Below, in pieces: positions 25,748 through 34,700 of a DNA stretch of 64,000 bases. This DNA comes from Bacteroidales bacterium (lineage in GTDB: Bacteria; Bacteroidota; Bacteroidia; Bacteroidales; WCHB1-69), in assembly GCA_045132055.1 (NCBI GenBank), contig JBGURP010000039.1:64394-128393 (forward strand), written 5' to 3'. Each line of letters starts with the position of its first letter. The stretch's first letter is position 1. Made by a program: the position numbers and the translations under genes. The notes beneath the pieces were generated by a model, which had not been told where the DNA came from, did not search any database, and saw only the letters and a list, made by a program, of their open reading frames with translations.

Positions 25748-27043
25748 TTATCGTCTGCCACCGCTGCTGCGCGATGAACTGCTGCTACTGTAGGATGAGC
25801 CGCTGCTTCTGGAAGAACTGCTTCCACTGTACGAAGAGCTGCTGCTACGAGAGGAGCTGCTGGACGGGGAACTGTAGTTGCTTCTGGACGAAGAACTATT
25901 ATAGGAAGATCTGGAAGTATTTGAATTACTGTTTGTTGAATTTGTTCTGTTGTAAGAAGAGTTGCTCGGCTGGCGATTGTTGGACGAGGAACTCGGTGTG
26001 GACCAAGTAGTAGTGTTCCGACTGTTGTTGGATGAGGGGGTAGTGGTGGAATGAGATGTCTGAACAGGCGTGCGGTTCACATTGTTGCTCGGACGTGTGT
26101 TAGGATAGGTCGGCGTATTGTAGTTGGTCCGGCTGCCGTTGGGGTTCACATTGGTACGGCTGGTAGTTGCAGTGGCTGGATTGTTGTTAGGATTTGTGTT
26201 GGGTTGTGCAGTAGGTCTGTTTGAAGAATTGGAGCTGCCGGAGCCGCCAGAAGGGCTGTAGGAGGCTGCCATACCATCGTAACGTTCATTAAATGAGGCA
26301 GGTGAGGAGGAAACAACGGAATAGTGGTTGTTGTTGTCGTTATTGCTATTGCTGTAATCGAAATTGGGACGCGTACCTCTGTCGCCGTCTCCTTGATTTC
26401 CCAAATCGGGTCCTATGCTGTTGCGGTGACCATAGTAGAACGAGTGGTTGTGGTCGTAGTTGTTGTGATAATAGTCGATGGCCCAGTTGTGATGGTGGTA
26501 CCATCCCCATCCGTGATTGTGCCAGTAAGGATTGTAATAATCCCATCCCCATCCATAGCGGAAGCCATAGTCATACCATCCATAGTTGTAATAGTAAGGA
26601 CGATAGTAATAGTTCGGCCACCACCAGTTGTATCCCATGTAAATGCTTAATCCCCAGTTAGCTGGGCAGTAGTCGTACCAATACAAATTGGTGAAGTAAG
26701 GGTCATAGTAGCCCCAACCGCTATAGACATCCGTGTGGAAACGGCGCAGACGGGAGGTGTAATAGTAGTCGTAGTAATCGTCTTCATTATAATAATATGT
26801 AGTGCCGATGCTTCCATCCTCGTTGTATTGATAGGAGATGGAGTCCGGTGCGGGGATTTCCTCATAATAGGTGATGGTCTTCGGATTGTTTGCCGTGTTG
26901 TGCTGGCTTTCCGCGCGCATAATCTTGTACTGGTCGTCAGACGATGAGGTGTAGATGTCATCATAGTATGCAAAAGTGCCAGTCTGACAAGATGTTATGC
27001 AGATGACCGCGAGGGAGAGGATGAATAAAAATTGTTTCTTCAT
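25748..27043 (-). CDS. Lipoprotein with an extremely Tyr/Trp/Gly/Asn/His-rich core and an Asn/Ser/Thr/Arg-rich tail. First gene of the operon.
   Basis: Lipobox-like MKKQFLFILSLAVICITSCQ. The core reads YYDPYFTNLYWYDYCPANWGLSIYMGYNWWWPNYYYRPYYYNYGWYDYGFRYGWGWDYYNPYWHNHGWGWYHHHNW. The tail ends SSSSRSSSSSYSGSSSSRSSGSSYSSSSSSRSSGGRR. I used ATG 27043, because the ORF-track extension to 27085 would run over the candidate proS promoter box (27070-27077). Confidence 0.6.
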   Translation of the reverse strand: MKKQFLFILSLAVICITSCQTGTFAYYDDIYTSSSDDQYKIMRAESQHNTANNPKTITYYEEIPAPDSISYQYNEDGSIGTTYYYNEDDYYDYYYTSRLRRFHTDVYSGWGYYDPYFTNLYWYDYCPANWGLSIYMGYNWWWPNYYYRPYYYNYGWYDYGFRYGWGWDYYNPYWHNHGWGWYHHHNWAIDYYHNNYDHNHSFYYGHRNSIGPDLGNQGDGDRGTRPNFDYSNSNNDNNNHYSVVSSSPASFNERYDGMAASYSPSGGSGSSNSSNRPTAQPNTNPNNNPATATTSRTNVNPNGSRTNYNTPTYPNTRPSNNVNRTPVQTSHSTTTPSSNNSRNTTTWSTPSSSSNNRQPSNSSYNRTNSTNSNSNTSRSSYNSSSSRSNYSSPSSSSSRSSSSSYSGSSSSRSSGSSYSSSSSSRSSGGRR

Positions 27044-27069
27044 AATGACCTCCTTATGGCTTATTTTCG

Positions 27070-27077
27070 TATTTTTG
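27070..27077 (+). promoter_or_regulatory. Bacteroides-type -7 box (TATTTTTG) for proS
   Basis: 71 nt upstream of ATG 27149. Confidence 0.35.
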
Positions 27078-27109
27078 CAATTCAATTTTTAGAAACATTT
27101 GATAGACGG

Positions 27110-27117
27110 CAAAGATA
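27110..27117 (-). promoter_or_regulatory. Bacteroides-type -7 box (TATCTTTG on the minus strand) for the 4-gene operon
   Basis: The reverse complement of caaagata, 66 nt upstream of ATG 27043. The same ggcaaagatactaaa 15-mer also precedes the FGE gene at 12288-12302. Confidence 0.4.
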
Positions 27118-27148
27118 CTAAAAAGTTAATTTAATAATACAAAAAATA

Positions 27149-28624
27149 ATGGCTAAAGATTTTACTTCAAGAGCAGAGAATTATTCGCAATGGTATAATG
27201 ATATTGTAAAGAAAGCGGATTTAGCTGAAAATTCGGCAGTTAGAGGATGTATGGTAATCAAGCCTTATGGCTATGCGATTTGGGAGAAGATGCAGGCCAC
27301 CTTGGACCGGATGTTCAAGGAGACGGGACACTCGAATGCCTATTTCCCGATTTTCATCCCCAAGTCTTTCTTCAGCCGTGAAGCCAGCCACGTGGAAGGC
27401 TTCGCCAAGGAATGTGCTGTAGTAACGCATTACCGTTTGAAGAATGATCCCAACGGTGGTGGTGTGGTTGTAGATCCGGAAGCCAAGCTGGAAGAGGAAC
27501 TCATTGTCCGCCCGACATCTGAAACCATCATTTGGGACACTTATAAGAATTGGATTCAATCTTACCGCGACCTGCCGATTTTGTGCAACCAATGGGCTAA
27601 TGTAGTCCGTTGGGAGATGCGTACGCGTCTGTTCCTGCGCACGGCCGAGTTCCTGTGGCAAGAAGGTCACACCGCGCACGCTACCCGCGAGGAGGCTGTT
27701 GCGGAGACCGAAAGAATGCTGCATGTCTATGCCGACTTTGTGGAGAATTTCATGGCAATCCCTGTGATTCAAGGTGTTAAGTCTCCAAATGAACGTTTTG
27801 CCGGTGCTATTGATACCTATTGTATCGAAGCGCTTATGCAAGATGGCAAGGCACTGCAGGCAGGTACTTCCCACTTCCTCGGTCAGAACTTCGCCAAGGC
27901 TTTCGATGTGAAATTCTTGAACCAGAGCAACCAGCAAGAGTACGTATGGGCTACCTCTTGGGGTGTTTCTACCCGTCTGATTGGTGCACTCATCATGACG
28001 CACTCCGATGACAATGGTTTGGTACTTCCGCCGAATCTTGCTCCTATTCAAGTAGTTATCGTTCCGATTTATAGAGAACAAGAACAGCGCCAAGCCATTG
28101 CGGAGAAAGTGCAACCGCTCATCGCCAAACTGAAAGAGCTGAATATCTCCGTCAAGTTTGACAATGACGACAGCAAACGTTCTGGTTGGAAATTCAACGA
28201 GTATGAGCTGAAGGGCGTTCCAGTGAGAATCGCCATCGGACCTCGTGATTTGGAAAACAATGATGCCGAAGTGGCACGCCGTGATACGCTGACCAAAGAG
28301 GTTGTTCCATTCGATACTCTCGTTGAATATGTGCAAAATCTTTTGAAAGACATTCAATCCAACCTGTTTGCCAAAGCATTGAAATTCAGAGATGATAACA
28401 CCAGAAAGGCAGACACTTGGGAAGAATTTGTCGATTTGTTGGATAACCATCCGGGATTCATCTATGCACATTGGGACGGCACACCGGAGACTGAGGATAA
28501 AATCAAAGAACTCACAAAGGCAACTATCCGCTGCATCCCGTTCAACAATCCGCAGGAGGAAGGCAAGTGCATTTTGACGGGAAAACCGTCCAAACAGCGT
28601 GTCTTGTTTGCCAGATCCTATTAG
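27149..28624 (+). CDS. proS: Proline--tRNA ligase (archaeal/eukaryotic-like class IIa type)
   Basis: About 490 aa. [62 protein letters not shown] and the C-terminal ...RVLFARSY are all typical. Confidence 0.95.
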   Translation: MAKDFTSRAENYSQWYNDIVKKADLAENSAVRGCMVIKPYGYAIWEKMQATLDRMFKETGHSNAYFPIFIPKSFFSREASHVEGFAKECAVVTHYRLKNDPNGGGVVVDPEAKLEEELIVRPTSETIIWDTYKNWIQSYRDLPILCNQWANVVRWEMRTRLFLRTAEFLWQEGHTAHATREEAVAETERMLHVYADFVENFMAIPVIQGVKSPNERFAGAIDTYCIEALMQDGKALQAGTSHFLGQNFAKAFDVKFLNQSNQQEYVWATSWGVSTRLIGALIMTHSDDNGLVLPPNLAPIQVVIVPIYREQEQRQAIAEKVQPLIAKLKELNISVKFDNDDSKRSGWKFNEYELKGVPVRIAIGPRDLENNDAEVARRDTLTKEVVPFDTLVEYVQNLLKDIQSNLFAKALKFRDDNTRKADTWEEFVDLLDNHPGFIYAHWDGTPETEDKIKELTKATIRCIPFNNPQEEGKCILTGKPSKQRVLFARSY

Positions 28625-28655
28625 TATTCTGTAAAATCCATAACTTATTTTATTA

Positions 28656-29426
28656 ATGGATAAGAGATTAGAGGCGTTTCAGAGACTGCTGGATATCATG
28701 GACGAGCTTCGCGAGAAGTGTCCGTGGGATAGCGTGCAGACTTTTGAGACCTTGCGTTGCTTGACCATCGAAGAGACCTTCGAGCTGTCGGAGGCGATTG
28801 TGGGTAAGGATTACCCTGACATGTGCAAGGAGCTTGGTGATTTATTGCTGCACATTGTGTTTTATGCCAAGATTGCTTCGGAGACCAAACTGTTTGATAT
28901 TTCGGATGTTATCAACCAACTCTGCGACAAGTTGATCCGTCGTCATCCCCACATTTACGGGGATACCTCCGCGCAGAATGCACAGCAGGTGCACGAGAAC
29001 TGGGAGAAGATCAAGTTGCAGAAAGAGGGGAACCGTTCTGTGTTGGGTGGCGTGCCCAAAAGTGCGCCGTCCATGATCAAGGCTTATCGGATTCAAGAGA
29101 AAGCCAATGGAGTGGGCTTTGACTGGCACAATGAGCAGGAAGTGTGGGACAAGGTGCAAGAGGAATTGTCTGAATTAAAGAAAGAAGTTGATAATCAATC
29201 CGATAGGGTAGAAGACGAGTTGGGCGACGTCCTGTTTTCCTTGATAAATTATGCAAGATTTATACGAATCAACCCTGATGATGCGTTAGAGAAGACGAAC
29301 CGCAAATTCATCCGGCGGTTTCAGCATATAGAGGAACAGGCCAAATTGTCCAATCGCAAGTTGACTGACCTCTCCTTGGAGGAGATGGAAACCTATTGGC
29401 AGGAGGCCAAGCAAAACGAACAATAA
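28656..29426 (+). CDS. mazG: Nucleoside triphosphate pyrophosphohydrolase MazG
   Basis: LREKCPWDSVQTFETLRCLTIEETFELSEAI, RHPHIYGD and a second MazG repeat EELGDVLFSLINYARF. Confidence 0.9.
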   Translation: MDKRLEAFQRLLDIMDELREKCPWDSVQTFETLRCLTIEETFELSEAIVGKDYPDMCKELGDLLLHIVFYAKIASETKLFDISDVINQLCDKLIRRHPHIYGDTSAQNAQQVHENWEKIKLQKEGNRSVLGGVPKSAPSMIKAYRIQEKANGVGFDWHNEQEVWDKVQEELSELKKEVDNQSDRVEDELGDVLFSLINYARFIRINPDDALEKTNRKFIRRFQHIEEQAKLSNRKLTDLSLEEMETYWQEAKQNEQ

Positions 29427-29438
29427 TTACAGGTGACA

Positions 29439-31385
29439 ATGAAGAATGGTATTTTAAATAAAATAGTATATATAAATATATTACTTTTGGCCTTCTTTGT
29501 TGTCAATAGTTATTGTGCTTTTGCACAGAAGAATTCCAAGGCGGTAGCGCTATGCAAGAAGGCTGAGCAGTATGTTAACGAGCACAACTTCGAGAAGGCT
29601 ATGGCGCTGTTGAAGCAAGCCGAACAAAAGGACCCGCAATATCCCGACACGTATATCATGATGGGGGATGTGTACAACTTCACGCTGCAGTCCGACTCGG
29701 CGGTCAAGTGTTACAACAAAGCCATCGCATTGTTGGGTGATCCTGACCCCATGCTATATTTCATTGCAGCCAACGAAGGTGCCAAGTGCGCGCAGTATCG
29801 TGATGCGCTCCGGAACTACGAGCTTTTCATGCTGAAAGGTGTGCAATATACAGAAGTGCTTGCGGAAGCCCAGCGTGGAATGGCCAATTGTAGGTTTGGC
29901 ATCGAGGCAATGGAGCATCCAGTGAAGTTTCACCCTGAAAATCTTGGTAAAAGCATCAATTCGGAATGGGACGAGTACCTTGCTTCCATCACGGCGGATG
30001 ATTCCATATTAATATATACGGTAAAGAGGCCCAAGGATCAACATACGGTTTGCGCATTTTGTCTGAACGAAGAGGATTTGTATTTCTCTGCAAAGGACGG
30101 TCATGGTGCGTGGCTGAACCGGGAGCCAATCGGGGCGCCCATCAAGAGTGGCTACAATGAAGGTGCGCAATGCATCTCCCCCGATGGCAATTATCTGCTC
30201 TATACCATGTGCGATGCCGACTATGGCATGGGCAGTTGCGACTTGTACTGGTCCAAAAGGATTGGCCAGAAGTGGTCAAGGCCGCGTAACTTTGGCGCGC
30301 CGGTGAACTCATCCGCTTGGGAGAGCCAACCCTCGATGGCTTCGGATGGCCGCACCGTCTATTTTGTCTCTTCGCGTCCCGGTGGCTTCGGAGGCAAGGA
30401 CATCTGGAAAACAACCATGACTTCGGAAGGCGCGTTCACCGCTCCGGAGAATCTCGGGCCGGCCATCAACACGCCGGGCGATGATGCCGCACCGTTCATC
30501 CATAGTGACGGGCGCACGCTGTACTTCGCTTCCAACGGACGAGTGGGCATGGGCGGCTACGACCTCTATTATGCCGTGCTGCAACCCGATGGTTCCTGGA
30601 CCGAGCCCCAGAATCTGGGATATCCCATCAACACTCCAGCTGATGAAATCAACATTTTCATCAATGCAAAAGGGACGGTGGCTTATATGGCTTCCGACAA
30701 GGATGGCGGCCAAGGCGGTCTTGACCTGTACAGTTTTGAACTTGACGAGACCTTGCGCCCCAACCCAGTTACCTATATCAAAGGACTTGTCACGGATGCC
30801 AAGACTGGTAATCCGCTGGAGGCAGTGATTGAGATGGTGGACTTGAACACAAAGCAGGTGCTGGCGCACACCACTTCGGATGCGGAGAACGGCGAGTACT
30901 TGGCCTGCATCCAGACAGGTGCCAATGTGTTGCTCAATGTCTCTTGCGCCAACTATCCTTTCTATTCGGAAAACTTCCAATTGGAAAAATCCTATACGGA
31001 GATTGCACCGTATTTAAAAGACATCCGCCTGCGTCGTGCGGATGTGGGCACCGTGGTGGTGCTGAAGAACATCTTCTTCGATCTTAACCGCAGTGAACTC
31101 AAGCCCGAGTCGCACGTGGAGTTAGACAAGCTGGTTGACTATCTGTCACACAACGATGTGAAGATAGAGATTGGCGGCCACACCGACGACCAGGGCAGTG
31201 ACGAATACAACGACAGACTTTCCCAGAACCGGGCCAAGGCGGTCTATGACTACTTGGTAGGCCGTGGCATATCCGCTGACAGGTTGAGTTATGTGGGTTA
31301 CGGAAAGCGCCAGCCCGTAGCGGACAACTCCACAGAGGAGGGTAGGGCCGCCAATCGCCGTACAGAGTTCAGATTCGTCCGCTAA
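29439..31385 (+). CDS. PorE-like OmpA-family protein (TPR + TolB/PD40-like beta-propeller + carboxypeptidase-regulatory-like domain + OmpA_C)
   Basis: The TPR-like N-terminus reads EKAMALLKQAEQKDPQYPDTYIMMGDVY. PD40-like repeats include ISPDGNYLLYT, MASDGRTVYFVSSRPGGFGGKDIW and IHSDGRTLYFASNG. A CRD-like segment reads IKGLVTDAKTGNPLEAVIEMVDLNT. The OmpA_C end reads FFDLNRSELKPES...IGGHTDDQGSDEYNDRLSQNRAKAV...NRRTEF. The same four-domain order is described for P. gingivalis PorE (PG1058). Confidence 0.65.
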   Translation: MKNGILNKIVYINILLLAFFVVNSYCAFAQKNSKAVALCKKAEQYVNEHNFEKAMALLKQAEQKDPQYPDTYIMMGDVYNFTLQSDSAVKCYNKAIALLGDPDPMLYFIAANEGAKCAQYRDALRNYELFMLKGVQYTEVLAEAQRGMANCRFGIEAMEHPVKFHPENLGKSINSEWDEYLASITADDSILIYTVKRPKDQHTVCAFCLNEEDLYFSAKDGHGAWLNREPIGAPIKSGYNEGAQCISPDGNYLLYTMCDADYGMGSCDLYWSKRIGQKWSRPRNFGAPVNSSAWESQPSMASDGRTVYFVSSRPGGFGGKDIWKTTMTSEGAFTAPENLGPAINTPGDDAAPFIHSDGRTLYFASNGRVGMGGYDLYYAVLQPDGSWTEPQNLGYPINTPADEINIFINAKGTVAYMASDKDGGQGGLDLYSFELDETLRPNPVTYIKGLVTDAKTGNPLEAVIEMVDLNTKQVLAHTTSDAENGEYLACIQTGANVLLNVSCANYPFYSENFQLEKSYTEIAPYLKDIRLRRADVGTVVVLKNIFFDLNRSELKPESHVELDKLVDYLSHNDVKIEIGGHTDDQGSDEYNDRLSQNRAKAVYDYLVGRGISADRLSYVGYGKRQPVADNSTEEGRAANRRTEFRFVR

Positions 31386-31626
31386 CCCCCGTCTTTTCTC
31401 ACTTTTTTCTAAAAAACAGAAGCTTTATTATAGAGTTTCTGCCAAACTTTTCATTATTCAATTGTTCATAACTTTCGCGGTTATTTTTCTGTAATGGTTT
31501 GATATTGAAACCAATATTAAAAACCGCGGGTGCGGATATTCACCAAAACAGGGGTGTTTTTTGGCCTGTAGATTGAAAAAAAAAACAAAAAAAAAATGCA
31601 ATAAGAATAAGAATGAAAAAAAAATG

Positions 31627-31634
31627 TATTTTTG
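31627..31634 (+). promoter_or_regulatory. Bacteroides-type -7 box (TATTTTTG) for the giant adhesin gene
   Basis: 103 nt upstream of ATG 31738, and immediately downstream of A10-C-A10 and A9 tracts. Confidence 0.4.
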
Positions 31635-31737
31635 CAGGTTGAAAGTTTAGTATAGTGTATTGTACTCTATGAATCTAAAAGCCAATTATATAAGAGAAAA
31701 ATAGATAAATAATTAATAACAACAAAAAAAAACAAGT

Positions 31738-34700
31738 ATGAAAAAACTATTATCAATTTGCTTGCTAAGCGTTCTGCTTACGATGATGAGCTTCTTTACA
31801 GCTCAAGCGCAAAGTGGCAATCCTGCATGCTGTTTTTGGGTTGAGAATATGCAGCCGGTGACGGCTCACCATATTGCCAACCTGAATGGTACTGGGGTTG
31901 CTCAGGACACCAGCGTCGGTAATGACCTTGTCTTGAACAATGTTCTGAACAAGGCTGTTGTTGGTAACACTGACGTTTACACACTTCACTTCCCGCAAGG
32001 AGCGAACTGTGGTGAGAAAGTGTCCATTGAATGGCTGTTGTATCGCGACGGTCAGCTGGTGAATGGCAATTTGTCAGACTTTGCCGAATTTGCCATCTAC
32101 ACCCGTTACGCTCCACTGAATGCCGCTGGTTATTGCCAGAACATTGACTGGCTGGGCGGTGTTGTTGAGAATGGTGACGGTATTTGTGGTTGTAGCGTTG
32201 CTTGCAATGATAACAATCATTATCCTTGCGACAATGTTGACGGACACAATGACTTCCCGGGTGCTCGTATAGCGAATGCGCTTACTCCTCCGTTCCATGA
32301 TATGGATCATCTTGCTGCTGGTTATACAAATCAGATGTTTACGTATAACTTCAACTACTTCTATCTTCGTTTCCTCGCATCTGCTCAATCTTCTACTCAG
32401 ATCCGCATCAAATGGAGACAAGTTGGTAACTATTCTTTAGTTGTTCGCATCCGTGAACGTATTGGTGGTAATGACCATCCGTTCACAATGGATGGTTCCC
32501 AGAACCCTGATATGAACATTGGCGGTCATATGGCTTGCTGCGGCGATGTGCTGTATCAAGACTCCCTGCATTATCTTGTGACGACCAATCATGAGAAATC
32601 CATCTGCGAAGACAATCCTCCATTCCCTTATGGTCAAGGTCTGGCTTGGGGCCCGAACGACTCCACCTTGTATGACTTCTATCCTGCAGATTCCATCTCT
32701 GATCTTTACTATGTGCTCTTCGGAACCTATACATGCGACCACTGGGTTGTGGATTCCATCGACACTTTCCAACTTTATGCCCGAATCAACCCTGACATCG
32801 TGGCTAAGGATACCATTCTCTGTCGTGGCGATCACTTCACCGCCGAAGATATGAATAACCTAGTAACTGAAGTTGATCTCGATGCTCCTGGCATCATCGG
32901 TCATCAGATTGAGTGGTCTCTGAATGGTGAGGCATTCAGCACTGACCCGCTTGATGTGTCTTCAGTTACGGATGTTGCCGGCGTAAATACTTTCTATGTA
33001 CGCCAGAGAAACTTCTACTTTGATGCTATGGATAATGACACCATCGGTTGTCCCGGTGACATTGATACCATTACAGTGACGGTGAGAGACCTCTTCCCGC
33101 CGGTTCTCGAAAACGATCATGCACTCATGTTCTGTAACGAAACCCTTGAAGAGAACTCTCCGCTCGCACTTACCGCTCATATTGACACTTTGAGAGATCA
33201 TTGTGCTACTGAGATCAGATGGTACAGCAAGAAAGCACATACCGCCGCTAACCTCTTGGGTGTTGGCGATACTTTGCGTGTTGACCTTACACAAATCAAC
33301 CCGACCAATATCGGTAAGAGTGTTACCTATTATTTATATACGGTTAACACCAACACTGATCCTGTGACTTTCTCCGATTCTGCCGATTACGTAACCATTA
33401 CGTTCCGTCAGACTCCTGTTTTCACAGTGGACACCACCACCCAACTTGATTTCGTGGTTTGTCCGGGTAGCGAAGTTAACTTGTTGAGCCAAGTAACTTG
33501 CACTGTGCCTAACTACAACGACTCTCTTCCGACACTGACGTTCGCTTGGTATAAGGACAGCACTTTGCTTTCCAATGACACCAACTATACCCTTAATGCT
33601 TCTACCGTTTGTGGCCATAAAGACACCTTCACGGTGAAGATTACTGCTGTTTCCTGGTCTTATGGATGTACCGCTGAGATGACCCGTACTTATACTGTGC
33701 TGGCTCAAGACACTGTGAACCCGGTTATCGCTTGGGTTGACACAGTTGGTACTTTTGATACGCTGGGCAATCGCCTTGTCACTTTGAGTGGTTGCGATTC
33801 CTCTGCAGTTCCTGCTCCTTATACTGTAGCTCAATTCTTGGCTATGACGTCAGCTACTGATACCGTCGCTACGGCTTCTGCAACTTCCAGAGCTTATGTA
33901 GGAACCATCATTGATGGTTGTAGCAATGTGGATAGCCTCACCGTTAAGGATGTGGTGACTTCCCAAAATGCTTGTCAAACCGTTGTGACCCGTACTTATG
34001 TGGGTGTGGATGCTTGTGACAACCACTCTAACACCATTACGGAGATCTTTACTATCAATAATGATTACAAACCGGTTATCACGGGTCGTATTGATGTGAA
34101 TCCTGTACGTGATACTGCTTGTACATACGATGTTCCTTCTTACGCTGTATTGCGTAACATTTTTGATACTGATACCAATATCAAGGTTACCTATCAATGT
34201 ACGAAGTCTGCTTTCGACACTGTGGTATTCTACATGAACAATACCAATGTGGTCGCTGATGGCAACCTCAATATCTTCGCCGACACTGACTTGGTGACGA
34301 TTTATGCTGTTGTTACCGACACTTGCGGCAACCATTCTGTGAAGACTCCTGTTTTCGACATTCACAAACCGGCTGCTATGTACATCGCTCATGGTTCCAT
34401 CACCCTGGATACCCTCGAGCTCTGTGCCGATGTTACCACGAATATGCATTTCAATGATGCTTTTGTGATGAATGCAGACAGACCTTATACTTATCAATGG
34501 TCTCAGATTTCTGTTGTGGGTCAGTCCATTATTACTCCGGATACCAACAATTACCTTGAAGCAGTTGTGGCTCCTGAAGATCAGTTGCTCAACACTTCTT
34601 CCCACTTCATCATGACAGTTACGGATTCTCTTGGTTGTGTTGCTTCTGATACTTCCAATGCTATCCACTTCTATCGTCTGCCTACCGCTGAAATTATCAG

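Noticed and set aside
25748-26300. Repetitive DNA resembling a tandem-repeat or CRISPR-like array.
   Set aside because: The repeats are short, imperfect and in-frame (Ser/Arg/Asn codons) inside a coding region. There are no regular repeat-spacer units and no cas genes anywhere in the window.
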